64,000 bases of DNA, taken from Candidatus Brennerbacteria bacterium. Lineage in GTDB: Bacteria > Patescibacteriota > Minisyncoccia > UBA6257 > GWB1-50-10. The notes under the pieces are model-generated. The model had not been told where the DNA came from and did not search any database. It saw only the letters and a program-made list of their open reading frames with translations. Numbering within the stretch: the first letter of the stretch is position 1; each line of letters starts with the position of its first letter. Made by a program: the position numbers and the translations under genes. The DNA lies in NCBI GenBank assembly GCA_016183535.1, contig JACPEK010000001.1:15519-79518 (forward strand), read 5' to 3'. Below, one piece after another: positions 1 to 9,478 of the stretch.

Positions 1-1
1 C

Positions 2-262
2 TACGCGGCTTCGCGCGCCGGATATGGAAAATACAACGCGCCGTCACTTCTTCTTTGGGAGATCATCCGCCGCGCGCAAGCGCGGGGATACGCCACGCTT
101 GACCTCTGGGGCGCCTCGGCGACAAAAAAAGAATGGGCGGGCGTTACCGCATTCAAAAAAAGTTTCGGGGGCGCTTCCGTGAGATTTGTGGGAACGTGGG
201 ATTATATTTATCGCCCGTTTTGGTATGCGGCATACCGTTTTGCCACGGCAATAAGAAAATAG
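2..262 (+). CDS. FemAB-family peptidoglycan bridge-formation protein, C-terminal fragment (5' end outside window)
   Basis: Frame open from window edge to TAG at 260-262; translation ..LLWEIIRRAQARGYATLDLWGASATKKEWAGVTAFKKSFGG.. resembles FemAB C-terminus. Confidence 0.5.
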   Translation, partial: YAASRAGYGKYNAPSLLLWEIIRRAQARGYATLDLWGASATKKEWAGVTAFKKSFGGASVRFVGTWDYIYRPFWYAAYRFATAIRK

Positions 263-292
263 GCGCGTCGGCGAGGAATGAGGTATACTAGC

Positions 293-1600
293 ATGGTGGA
301 AGGAAAGATTCTCAATGCGGGAACGCTTGCCACGACGCCGCTCCGTAGGGCGGCGCTTTCCATTGCCGAAGCGGGACTTTCCGCAATCGACACCAAAACC
401 GCTATACGAACATGGGTGCGCCTTGAAGACGATTTGCTTGTCGTTCGCGACCAACGTGTTCCACTTGATCCAGCTGGAAAATTTGTGGTAGTGACGATCG
501 GGAAATGTGCGCTCGCCGCCGCCCGCGTCCTCGAGGAAGTTTTTAGAGACAAGATAGATGACGGCGTGGTACTTGCTCCCCGTCCGCTCGGCGATTCAAA
601 AATAGGAAGTGGAAAATTGAAGATTTTCTTCGGCTCCCACCCTTTCCCTACACGGGCGAATATGGAGGGAACGCATGCGATCGTGGATTTTTTGAATGGA
701 CTCTCGGAGCGCGACACAGTACTCTTCGTCATTTCAGGAGGAGGCTCGACACTCCTTTGCGATCCCGCCCGCGATTCCTGCGAAGATGAAACGAACATGC
801 TCCGGCATTTTTTCGCCGCGGGCGTGGACATACGCGAGATTAACACACTACGAAAACATCTTTCTCGCGCGCGGGGGGGGTGGCTCGCGCGCGTCGCGTA
901 TCCCGCGCAAGTCGTCTCCTTGGTTTTCTCCGACGTGGCGGGGGACGACCTTGGTTCGATCGCGTCCGGGCCCACGGTGCGCGACACTACCTCGGTTACG
1001 GATGCGGAAACGATTCTCGAAAAATACAATCTTCCGAACCTTGTATTGACGGAAACCCCCAAGGAGGAAAAATATTTTGCGCGGGTCTTAAATACCCTCT
1101 TTCTCTCGAACGCCGATGCGCTCCAAGCCATGGCCGCGCGCGCGGAACGGGAAGGATTCACATCCCGCGTCGTGACGAGCGCGCTTGCCGGCGAGGCATC
1201 CGCCGCGGGAACGATGATTGCGGAAAAGATTCGCGCGGCGCATTCGGAAACCGCGCTTCTCTACGGGGGCGAAACGACGGTGACCCTCCTACAAACTCAC
1301 CGCGAGCAAGTTCGAGGAAGGGGAGGGAGAAATATGGAGCTCGCGCTCGCCGCGCTTCCCAATCTCAAGGAAGGAGAGTTGGTGCTCGCGCTCGCGTCCG
1401 ACGGGCGGGACAATTCGGATTTTGCGGGAGCGCTCTGTGATACCATAACTATGACGCGCGCGGAGGAGAAAGGAACCGATCCGCAAGCGCATCTCGCGGC
1501 TCACAATTCTTATCGTTTTTTTGAGCAAACAGGAGACGCGCTCCGCACCGGCGACACGGGTTCGAATGTGGCGGATCTTGTTGTCGCGCTTAAGGAATAA
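293..1600 (+). CDS. glycerate kinase, MOFRL family
   Basis: ORF 278..1600; ATG at 293 has GAGG 9 nt upstream; glycerate-2-kinase/MOFRL-like sequence (VISGGGSTLL, LALASDGRDNSDFAGA). Confidence 0.75.
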   Translation: MVEGKILNAGTLATTPLRRAALSIAEAGLSAIDTKTAIRTWVRLEDDLLVVRDQRVPLDPAGKFVVVTIGKCALAAARVLEEVFRDKIDDGVVLAPRPLGDSKIGSGKLKIFFGSHPFPTRANMEGTHAIVDFLNGLSERDTVLFVISGGGSTLLCDPARDSCEDETNMLRHFFAAGVDIREINTLRKHLSRARGGWLARVAYPAQVVSLVFSDVAGDDLGSIASGPTVRDTTSVTDAETILEKYNLPNLVLTETPKEEKYFARVLNTLFLSNADALQAMAARAEREGFTSRVVTSALAGEASAAGTMIAEKIRAAHSETALLYGGETTVTLLQTHREQVRGRGGRNMELALAALPNLKEGELVLALASDGRDNSDFAGALCDTITMTRAEEKGTDPQAHLAAHNSYRFFEQTGDALRTGDTGSNVADLVVALKE

Positions 1601-1623
1601 TCAATAGTTAATGATTATTTATC

Positions 1624-4077
1624 ATGATGTCTAAACGAACCGCACTCGCCATTCCGTTCAAAGAGCTTTCGCTCAAAGATGTGCCGCTCGTGGGAGGGAA
1701 GAACGCCGCGCTTGGCGAGATGTTGGGTGCGCTTGTGAAACGGGGAGTGAATGTTCCCGATGGTTTTGCAACGACTGCGCACGCATATCGCATATTTCTC
1801 AAGCGCGCGAAACTTGACCGCGAGATACCGCACATCCTCGAAGGACTCGACACGAAGAATCTCGCCGATCTTGCCCGTCGCGGACGGGCGGTGCGCGAGG
1901 CGATCCTTGCCGCGGAGCTTCCGGTGGAGCTCGTTCGCGCCATACGCGACGGTTATCGAAAACTTGAACGGAAGTATGGCGGAGAAACGGACGTGGCGGT
2001 ACGTTCGTCCGCGACCGCCGAGGATCTCCCCGGGGCGTCATTCGCCGGCCAGCAAGAAACATATCTCAACATACGCGGCGCGGAACGCATCGCGGAAGCG
2101 ACAAAAAAGTGTATCGCGTCGCTTTTCACCGACCGGGCTATTTCTTATAGAGTCGATAAAAAATTTTCCCATTTCGATGCGGCGCTCTCGGTCGGCATTC
2201 AGAAAATGGTGCGCTCCGATCTCGCGTCATCCGGCGTTATTTTTACCATCGATACCGAGACGGGTTTCGAGGATGCCGTGATAGTGACGGGATCGTGGGG
2301 GTTGGGAGAGATGGTGGTGCAGGGGAAAGTGGTACCCGATGAATTTACGGTATGGAAGCCGGGTCTCGCCAGAAATTTGAGGGCGGTTATCGGGCGGAAT
2401 CTTGGAGGAAAAAACGTGAAGTTGGTGTACGCTTCTTCAAAATCGCGGGGAATGGGTGGTACGCGCACCGTGCCGGTGTCTTCCCGCGATCGGGAGCGTT
2501 TCTGTCTCACGGAGACGGAGACGCTTACGCTCGCGCGATGGGCCGTAACCATTGAGGAACATTTCTCAAAGCTCCATAAGCGGAAACAGCCGATGGACAT
2601 TGAATGGGCGAAGGACGGAAAAACGAAAGAGCTTTTTATCGTCCAGGCGCGGCCCGAAACCGTGCGCTCGCTCGAAGGAAAACGCGTCTACCGTGAATAC
2701 CGTATGGAGGGAAAGGGGAAATTGTTAACGAAAGGTATTGCGGTGGGCACAAAGATCGGCGCGGGGAAGGCGCGTGTCCTCGCGAGCGCGAAAAAGATCA
2801 CTGCGTTCAAACCGGGTGAGGTACTCGTGACGTCCATCACCGATCCCGATTGGGAACCCATCATGAAAATAGCTTCCGCGATCGTGACGGATAAGGGCGG
2901 TCGCACTTCGCATGCCGCGATCGTTTCGAGGGAGCTCGGCATTCCGTGCGTTGTGGGAACAGAAAACGCGACCAGCACGCTGAAGACGGGACAGATGGTA
3001 ACGGTGGACTGTTCTTCGGGCGACGAGGGAAGGGTGTATGCCGGGAAGATTCCGTTTGCGGTGAAGGAGCACCATCTTGCGAGGATTCGGAAACCAAAGG
3101 TGAACGTGGCAGTCAATATCGGCACGCCTGACGAGGCGTTCAAATATCACTACCTGCCGGTCCACGGCGTGGGACTCGGGCGTCTCGAATTTATCATTGC
3201 GTCGCATATCGGTATCCATCCGTTGGCGCTTCTCGAATATCCAAAACTGGCGCGGGAAGCAAAACGCGATCCCGTGGTGCGGAAACTTGTGGCGAAGATC
3301 GCCGCGGCGACGCCCGGGTATCGGAATAAATCCGAGTTCTACGTGGACGAGCTTGCGGAAGGCGTCGCGAAGATCGCCGCGGCGTTCTGGCCTCATGAAG
3401 TCATCATCCGGTTCTCGGATTTTAAAACAAATGAATACCGCGCGCTCACGGGTGGTGACCGTTACGAACCCGCGGAGGAAAATCCAATGCTCGGGTGGCG
3501 CGGCGCATCGCGTTACTACCATCCCGCATTCGAGCGGGCGTTCGGGCTCGAGGTGAAAGCGCTCCGGCGGGTCCGCGAGAAATTCGGACTCACGAACGTG
3601 GTACCGATGGTGCCGTTTTGCCGCACGCCGGAGGAGGGAAGACGCGTCCTCGCCGCAATGGCGAAATATGGGTTGAAGCGAGGGAAGACAACTCCTCGAC
3701 TCGGGAAGTCTCGGGATGACATAAATCCATTAAAGATTTATGTCATGTGCGAAATACCCTCAAATGTGCTCCGCGCGGGCGAATTCCTCGATATCTTCGA
3801 CGGGATGTCCATTGGTTCAAACGATCTTACCCAGCTTATCTTGGGTCTCGATCGCGATGCGGGCGCCTTGGCGCATATCGGAAATGAAAAAGACGGTGCG
3901 GTGAAAAAAATGATCGCGGAGATTATCGCGGAGTGCCGGAAGCGGAAGAAATATATTGGTATTTGCGGCCAAGCGCCGTCCGACTATCCCGACTTCGCTA
4001 TATTTCTCGCGAAGCAAAAAATAGGGAGTATTTCTTTGAATCCGGATGCGGTAATGCCGTTTCTTATGAGAAAATGA
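1624..4077 (+). CDS. ppsA: phosphoenolpyruvate synthase (pyruvate, water dikinase)
   Basis: 817-aa ORF with PEP-utilizing enzyme N-terminal, phosphohistidine (GGRTSHAAIVSRELGIPCVVG) and TIM-barrel domains. Confidence 0.9.
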   Translation: MMSKRTALAIPFKELSLKDVPLVGGKNAALGEMLGALVKRGVNVPDGFATTAHAYRIFLKRAKLDREIPHILEGLDTKNLADLARRGRAVREAILAAELPVELVRAIRDGYRKLERKYGGETDVAVRSSATAEDLPGASFAGQQETYLNIRGAERIAEATKKCIASLFTDRAISYRVDKKFSHFDAALSVGIQKMVRSDLASSGVIFTIDTETGFEDAVIVTGSWGLGEMVVQGKVVPDEFTVWKPGLARNLRAVIGRNLGGKNVKLVYASSKSRGMGGTRTVPVSSRDRERFCLTETETLTLARWAVTIEEHFSKLHKRKQPMDIEWAKDGKTKELFIVQARPETVRSLEGKRVYREYRMEGKGKLLTKGIAVGTKIGAGKARVLASAKKITAFKPGEVLVTSITDPDWEPIMKIASAIVTDKGGRTSHAAIVSRELGIPCVVGTENATSTLKTGQMVTVDCSSGDEGRVYAGKIPFAVKEHHLARIRKPKVNVAVNIGTPDEAFKYHYLPVHGVGLGRLEFIIASHIGIHPLALLEYPKLAREAKRDPVVRKLVAKIAAATPGYRNKSEFYVDELAEGVAKIAAAFWPHEVIIRFSDFKTNEYRALTGGDRYEPAEENPMLGWRGASRYYHPAFERAFGLEVKALRRVREKFGLTNVVPMVPFCRTPEEGRRVLAAMAKYGLKRGKTTPRLGKSRDDINPLKIYVMCEIPSNVLRAGEFLDIFDGMSIGSNDLTQLILGLDRDAGALAHIGNEKDGAVKKMIAEIIAECRKRKKYIGICGQAPSDYPDFAIFLAKQKIGSISLNPDAVMPFLMRK

Positions 4078-5087
4078 CCAAAGTCGCTTTTTTCGAGATT
4101 GAGGATTGGGAAGAGGCGCAGGTGCGCGCGGCACTTCCGGACGCCGAGCTTTTTTTCTATCGCCGCAAACTCGATGAAACGACGCCGCCGCCACGTCTCG
4201 ATTTCGATGCGGCGGTGATTTTCATTGATTCGCGGATCACCCTGAAAACACTTGACGGATTCGCAAACCTGCGTTTCATCGCAACGCGTTCGACCGGCTA
4301 CGACCATATTGATCTCGCCGCGTGCCGCGCGCGGAATGTCGCGGTTTCCTACGTCCCCGGCTACGGCGACCATACCGTCGCCGAGTTTGCCTTCGGGCTC
4401 ATTTTGAACCTTACGAGAAAAATTTATTGTGCCATTGACCAAATAAAGGAGACCGGGACGTTCTCACTCGACGGACTCCGTGGCGCAGATCTGAAAGGAA
4501 AGACGATTGGAATTGTGGGTACTGGCCGCATCGGACGGGAAATGGTGAAAATTGCGAAAGGGTTCGGTATGAATGTGCTCGCGTTTGACCAGTATCCGAA
4601 CGAGACATTTTCCTCCACGCAGGGATTCTCGTATGCAACGTTCGAATATCTGCTCCGTCACTCCGACATTGTTTCATTGCATTGCCCGCTCACGCCGCAG
4701 ACGCGGCATCTTGTGAATAGCGGCAACATCAAATTCTTTAAACGCGGCGCGTATCTCATAAACACCGCACGCGGGGGTCTCGTCGAAACGGAAGCGCTCG
4801 TGAGGGCGCTCCAAGAAGGCGTGCTCGCGGGCGCCGGTCTCGATGTGATCGAAGAAGAAGGGGAGACAAAGGATGAACTCGGATTTCTCACGAAAGAGCC
4901 GCGCCCGAATCGTGAGGATATGAAAACGATGCTTGAGAATCACATCCTCATGCGGATGCCGAACGCGCTCGTCACACCGCACCTCGCGTTCAACTCACAG
5001 GAGGCGCTCGAGCGCATTCTCTCAACCACCATCGAAAATCTCAAAGGATTCATATCCGGTCGCCCCGTGAATCTCGTGTCGCAATAA
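4074..5087 (+). CDS. D-isomer-specific 2-hydroxyacid dehydrogenase (NAD-binding; hydroxypyruvate/glycerate or lactate type)
   Basis: Internal ATG 4074 overlaps ppsA stop (ATGA); GIVGTGRIGREM Rossmann motif, catalytic region ..NTARGGLV.. Confidence 0.8.
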   Translation: MTKVAFFEIEDWEEAQVRAALPDAELFFYRRKLDETTPPPRLDFDAAVIFIDSRITLKTLDGFANLRFIATRSTGYDHIDLAACRARNVAVSYVPGYGDHTVAEFAFGLILNLTRKIYCAIDQIKETGTFSLDGLRGADLKGKTIGIVGTGRIGREMVKIAKGFGMNVLAFDQYPNETFSSTQGFSYATFEYLLRHSDIVSLHCPLTPQTRHLVNSGNIKFFKRGAYLINTARGGLVETEALVRALQEGVLAGAGLDVIEEEGETKDELGFLTKEPRPNREDMKTMLENHILMRMPNALVTPHLAFNSQEALERILSTTIENLKGFISGRPVNLVSQ

Positions 5088-5104
5088 GACGCATTTGCGC
5101 CGCC

Positions 5105-6304
5105 ATGAAGATTCTTGATATTCGGATTCGCGAGAGAGAGGATTCGCGAGGGGCCCCCACCATTGTGGTTTTTGTAACGACGAAGGGGGGAGCGGGGGAA
5201 GCGTCGATCCCGTCCGGAAAAAGCACTGGTATGCGCGAAGCAAAAACGCTTGCGCCGAAAGATGCGGTGAACGCGGGCGCGCAAATTGCCGCCGCGCTCG
5301 CCGGACATGATTTTTCGAACAATCGCGCACTCGATAAAACCCTTATCGCGCTTGATGGCACGCCGCTTAAGAAAAACCTTGGCGGGAACGTCATGCTCGG
5401 GGTCTCTCTTGCGTTTGCGCGCGTTCGTGCCGCGGCAGAAGGGAAAGCATTATGGGAAATACTCCGCGCGGAATATTTTCCGGATCTCGCCGCGACGCCG
5501 ATCCCGCGAATTTTCGCCAATCTCGTGAACGGCGGCGTGCACGCGAAGAGTAATCTCTCTCTCCAGGAATATCTGGTAGTCGCGAAGCCGTATCTTTCCG
5601 TATCCGATGTCATTGCCGGACTCAAGAAACTCTATGCGATATTGGGAAAAATGCTCGCGGAGAAATTCCCATCCGCTTCCGTCGGCATCGGCGACGAGGG
5701 AGGATATGTGGCCGATTTTCGCGACGATCGGGAGCCGCTTGAGATACTCACCAAGCTTCTACGGGTATCACATTCCGACGATTCTTGGTTTTTGGGACTT
5801 GATGCGGCCGCTTCAACGTTCTTCAAGAACGGTTCGTACCGGCTCGGGAACGAAACACTTACAGCCGCGGAACTCGCCACGCGTTATGCTTCCTATGCAA
5901 AAACCGTTCCGCTCCTCAAAACGATCGAGGATCCGTTTGCGGAAGATTCTCTGGATGATTTCGCCGCGTTTCAGAAAGCTCATCCGGAGCTTCGTCTCAT
6001 TGGGGACGACCTTACCGTGTCGAACGCGGCGGCAATCACCGCCGCCACGGCGCGCGGCGCGATCAAGGGTGTTATCGTGAAACCGAATCAGGCCGGCACC
6101 GTAACCGAAACGTGCGATGCAATCACCGCCGCCACGGCGCACGGCCTCGACGTTATCGTGTCGCACCGATCGGGAGAAACGCCCGATCCGTTCCTGGTAC
6201 ACTTCGCAAAGGCGGGGAACGTTTACGGCGTGAAGATCGGCGCACCGATTGCGCACCGCCTCCCGCGGTACGAGGAACTTGTCAGAATTTATGATACGTG
6301 TTAA
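5105..6304 (+). CDS. eno: enolase
   Basis: 399-aa ORF, enolase N- and C-terminal domains (SIPSGKSTGMREA.., ..VKPNQAGTVTET..). Confidence 0.9.
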   Translation: MKILDIRIREREDSRGAPTIVVFVTTKGGAGEASIPSGKSTGMREAKTLAPKDAVNAGAQIAAALAGHDFSNNRALDKTLIALDGTPLKKNLGGNVMLGVSLAFARVRAAAEGKALWEILRAEYFPDLAATPIPRIFANLVNGGVHAKSNLSLQEYLVVAKPYLSVSDVIAGLKKLYAILGKMLAEKFPSASVGIGDEGGYVADFRDDREPLEILTKLLRVSHSDDSWFLGLDAAASTFFKNGSYRLGNETLTAAELATRYASYAKTVPLLKTIEDPFAEDSLDDFAAFQKAHPELRLIGDDLTVSNAAAITAATARGAIKGVIVKPNQAGTVTETCDAITAATAHGLDVIVSHRSGETPDPFLVHFAKAGNVYGVKIGAPIAHRLPRYEELVRIYDTC

Positions 6305-6313
6305 AACAAAACC

Positions 6314-6625
6314 ATGGCAAATCTCCCGAAAAGCCCCGAAGAACTTTTGGAAATTATCAAAACACCGCTCGACCTTTTCGATCGAGTTGGCATCAAGATC
6401 AACGTCGGTTCTGCAATCTCGGACATCGCGAACCGACTGCCAAACGATGCCACTGGTGGCGTACTCCCGTGGCTTCAAGGGTTCTTTGATCAGGCGCAGA
6501 ATATTACAAATGGGGGAGATGTTCTGGTGTTACTTTGGGACCTGGTGAAAGAACTTATGGGAGTTATCGTAGGTCTTCTTGGCACGTTTGTTGATTTACT
6601 TCGTTCGCTCATTGAAAAGCTATAA
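6314..6625 (+). CDS. hypothetical protein with hydrophobic C-terminus
   Basis: 103-aa ORF immediately after eno; no recognisable family; no clear SD. Confidence 0.35.
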   Translation: MANLPKSPEELLEIIKTPLDLFDRVGIKINVGSAISDIANRLPNDATGGVLPWLQGFFDQAQNITNGGDVLVLLWDLVKELMGVIVGLLGTFVDLLRSLIEKL

Positions 6626-6880
6626 AATTAACTTCAGTGATCATTCCCGCTGGAGTTTTTTGTTTACGGCTCCCTATCTTTATCTTTCCAGAATAGATAA
6701 TAGGAACCCCGTATTATCTGTCGGGAAAGGTATATTGTGCGACATATATGGTCAGAAAATAACCTGTCTCCCCCCACACAAAATACAACGGACTTTTCTA
6801 CTGCCACACCACAAAAACCTTTCTGGAAGCGTTTTAGGGGGTGTTCCGGAGACATAAAAACAGGTATCATTGGATGGCAT

Positions 6881-7648
6881 ATGTTTTATAAAACAGTTGA
6901 AGAATTCAAAGAGTTTTCCGGATATGAAATAGATGGAATATGGTACCCGCGCGTCACCAAAATCGTTGAAATAAAGGCGAAACCGGCCCTCTATCGCTTC
7001 TACGGCCGGATGGGCAGTTTTGCCGAGGGCGAGCGAGTGAAGAAAAATTCGGCGACGGAAGGCACTTTAATCCATGAAACAGTAGAAAAAATCCTCACAG
7101 GCGAAAAACCGCCCATTCCCCCGTCGGTCGAACCCTCAATAAGGGCATTTTTGGAATTTCTCGTCAAAAATAACATCCACGTGGATTCTTCGTATGTGGA
7201 ACATCGCCTCATAAACCACGAACACCGCTACGCCGGCACGCTGGACGCGATCGCCATGATCGGCGGCAAACTTGGCATTCTCGACATTAAAACCTCTCAG
7301 GAAATCTACCGGGATTACAATCTTCAGACCTCGGCGTATCTTGCCGCGATGAAAGACGAGGTAAGAGGTTTGGAAACGCGGTGGATTTTGCGCATCGATC
7401 AGAGCCGGCAGTGCGTTCATTGCGGCGCCATCCTCCGCTCGAAAGGCGGCCGCGACCAAATCAAAACGGTATGGGGAAATCCGTTCATGCAGGCGTGCAA
7501 TCACGAATGGGGTCCCATGGAGGGTCGTATCGAGCTCAAGGAATTCCCCTACTGGCACGATGACTTCGCCGCGTTCCTCGGTGCGAAGAAACTGTGGGAG
7601 TGGGAGAACGACGATTGGCTTGTTCAGGCGGGATATCTTCGGAAATAA
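6881..7648 (+). CDS. PD-(D/E)XK nuclease, RecB/Cas4-like
   Basis: ORF 6737..7648; ATG at 6881; motifs ..GTLDAIAMIGGKLGILDIKTS.. (D..D-x-K) and QTSAY (QxxxY), C-terminal Cys cluster CVHCG..C; AT-rich 5' region. Confidence 0.55.
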   Translation: MFYKTVEEFKEFSGYEIDGIWYPRVTKIVEIKAKPALYRFYGRMGSFAEGERVKKNSATEGTLIHETVEKILTGEKPPIPPSVEPSIRAFLEFLVKNNIHVDSSYVEHRLINHEHRYAGTLDAIAMIGGKLGILDIKTSQEIYRDYNLQTSAYLAAMKDEVRGLETRWILRIDQSRQCVHCGAILRSKGGRDQIKTVWGNPFMQACNHEWGPMEGRIELKEFPYWHDDFAAFLGAKKLWEWENDDWLVQAGYLRK

Positions 7649-7687
7649 AAAACGCGCGGGAGCGCGATGGTGATACACCATGAACGC

Positions 7688-7728
7688 GAGGTTCCTCCCG
7701 ACCAACTTGAGGAACCTCTGTTGGTTTT
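7688..7728 (+). terminator. intrinsic terminator-like hairpin (perfect 10-bp stem GAGGTTCCTC/GAGGAACCTC) plus TGTTGGTTTT
   Basis: Inverted repeat 7688-7697 / 7709-7718 followed by T-rich run, 40 nt after the nuclease stop. Confidence 0.45.
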
Positions 7729-7948
7729 ACCGTGTAGCGAGGAAACGTGGGTCGCTTTCTGCGTGTGGTTAACTATAGCGGGGTCCCCAGCGGTCGTCCA
7801 CAGACGAGCGCAATTCGGACTCCTTAGTTAAAGAAATATAAACTCAGAAACGCCGACACTCCCCCAAAGTAAAACCGCCATCATCATCCTCCGAAATTTC
7901 GAAAAAGTCAATCGTTTTGGTGCAAAGAAGGTGCACAAGCCGAATTTT

Positions 7949-8998
7949 TTAGTGGAAAACGTCTTCAAAAAAATTGCCGTGGTAAAAATATTCTTCAGCG
8001 CGTCTCACGATTTTCCTCATGGTGAGGACTGATTTCACGGGGTGTTCCCCCGCGGCCGTTTCGTCGGAGAGCATGACGGCGTCCGCGCCGTCGAACACGG
8101 CGTTCGCGATATCCGACACCTCCGCCCGCGTGGGGGTTGGGTGGTTGATCATGGACGAGAGCATTTGGGTCGCGATAATCGCGGGTTTTCCGTGCCAATG
8201 CGCGTGCCGCACAAGATCTTTCTGGATCAAGGGCACTTCTTCGAACGGGAGTTCGATGCCGAGATCGCCCCTCGCGACCATGATGCCGTCCGCGGCTCGT
8301 ATGATCTCGTCTATGGATTGAAGCGCGAACGCGCGCTCGATTTTGGCGATGATTTTGACGGATCGTTTTCCGACGATGCGGCGAAGTTTTTCTACGTCCT
8401 CAGCGGACTGTACGAAAGAAAGCGCGACGTAGTCCACCCCCTCGCGGAGGGCGAATTTTACGTCTCGCACATCTTTCGGCGTGAGGCCGCCCCGCTTCAG
8501 CTTGGTTTGAGGCACGTTAATCCCCTTGTGCGGGAGGAGAATGCCGCCACGGAGAACTTTCGCCGCAATGCGTTTCCCGCTCACTTTTGTAACAAGGAGT
8601 TCCATCGCCGCGTTCGCGAGATAGAACGGATCGCCCTTCTTGATGTCAGCGTGAAGATATGGATCGTCGATCGGAATAACCTCCGGAAACTTTATCTTCG
8701 CGCCATTGTGGAACGCGAAGACATACGTTTTTCCTTCTTCGAGCTCAATCCCCTTCTCCGGAAGGTTTCCCACGCGGATGCGCGGCCCTTGGAGATCTTG
8801 CATGATTGGCACGTTCTTCTTCAAGCGCCGCGCGGCTTTTTCAATAAGAGCTTTTCGTTTCCGGTATTCTCCGTGCGTGCAATGCGAGAAATTTGAACGC
8901 ACGATGTCGGTGCCGTGGTGGATGAGCGCCTCAATGGCTTCTTCGGACTCCGATCGGGGTCCTACGCTCGCGATGATTTTGGTGTGAGTCGATTTCAT
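7949..8998 (-). CDS. pyk: pyruvate kinase (short form, no C-terminal regulatory domain)
   Basis: 349-aa ORF; PK barrel motifs ..MVARGDLGIE.., ..ATQMLSSM.. Confidence 0.9.
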   Translation of the reverse strand: MKSTHTKIIASVGPRSESEEAIEALIHHGTDIVRSNFSHCTHGEYRKRKALIEKAARRLKKNVPIMQDLQGPRIRVGNLPEKGIELEEGKTYVFAFHNGAKIKFPEVIPIDDPYLHADIKKGDPFYLANAAMELLVTKVSGKRIAAKVLRGGILLPHKGINVPQTKLKRGGLTPKDVRDVKFALREGVDYVALSFVQSAEDVEKLRRIVGKRSVKIIAKIERAFALQSIDEIIRAADGIMVARGDLGIELPFEEVPLIQKDLVRHAHWHGKPAIIATQMLSSMINHPTPTRAEVSDIANAVFDGADAVMLSDETAAGEHPVKSVLTMRKIVRRAEEYFYHGNFFEDVFH

Positions 8999-9066
8999 GT
9001 GGAAAGCGTGTGAGATGGGCGCAACGGAAAGGAATAATATCAGAACCAGGCGCCTGTTTCAATTAG

Positions 9067-9095
9067 TTGACGGACTGTTTCTCTGTTGGTACCAT
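9067..9095 (+). promoter_or_regulatory. candidate sigma70-type promoter (TTGACG-17-TACCAT)
   Basis: -35 at 9067-9072, -10 at 9090-9095, upstream of the SD-bearing ATG at 9130. Confidence 0.3.
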
Positions 9096-9129
9096 GGGAA
9101 CCGGCATTCTTAACAAATACGAGGTTTCA

Positions 9130-9387
9130 ATGAAGCTGCCGGACAGGCCGGTCACCGAAAGAGAATTGCAACGCCTCATCGACTCGTACATCGCGGACGA
9201 GTGCGAGAGGAACGGGAGTCTGACCCATAAAAAATGCGGGAGTCAGATTCAAACCGGATTCGTTAAAATTTGCGTTAACGGATCCGAGACCACCAGAAAA
9301 GTTCCTTATTGCAAAAACTGCGAAAAGGAACTAAGAATCGGATTCAATTCCGTTTTTTCGGAAAAGATCATTATAGAACAGAACTGA
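9130..9387 (+). CDS. hypothetical small Cys-containing protein (possible zinc ribbon)
   Basis: ATG 9130 preceded by GAGG 5 nt upstream; CGS..C..YCKNCEKE pattern; followed by terminator. Confidence 0.5.
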   Translation: MKLPDRPVTERELQRLIDSYIADECERNGSLTHKKCGSQIQTGFVKICVNGSETTRKVPYCKNCEKELRIGFNSVFSEKIIIEQN

Positions 9388-9420
9388 ATCCACAGCTTCA
9401 AAAAATTTAATCAACCACGA

Positions 9421-9453
9421 AAAACCGGACCACTCGCGTCCGGTTTTTATTTT
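9421..9453. terminator. bidirectional intrinsic terminator (CCGGAC-cactcgc-GTCCGG + TTTTTATTTT, A-tract upstream)
   Basis: Hairpin between convergent small ORF (+) and secA (-). Confidence 0.6.
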
Positions 9454-9478
9454 CATTTACTGATTCGGTTTCTAATCC

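Noticed and set aside
208-1161. 317-aa minus-strand ORF and other long antisense ORFs (e.g. 8042-8896 +, 19046-20014 +, 35528-36316 +, 47434-48666 +, 56335-56961 +)
   Set aside because: They lie antisense to well-supported conserved genes in a GC-rich sequence, have low-complexity Arg/Ser/Pro-rich translations and no family resemblance; typical shadow ORFs
7649-7948. SRP RNA, 6S RNA or tmRNA in the long intergenic region
   Set aside because: None of the conserved motifs (SRP domain IV GNRA/AGCAG symmetric loop, tmRNA GGGGCTGA start or tRNA-like CCACCA end) are present
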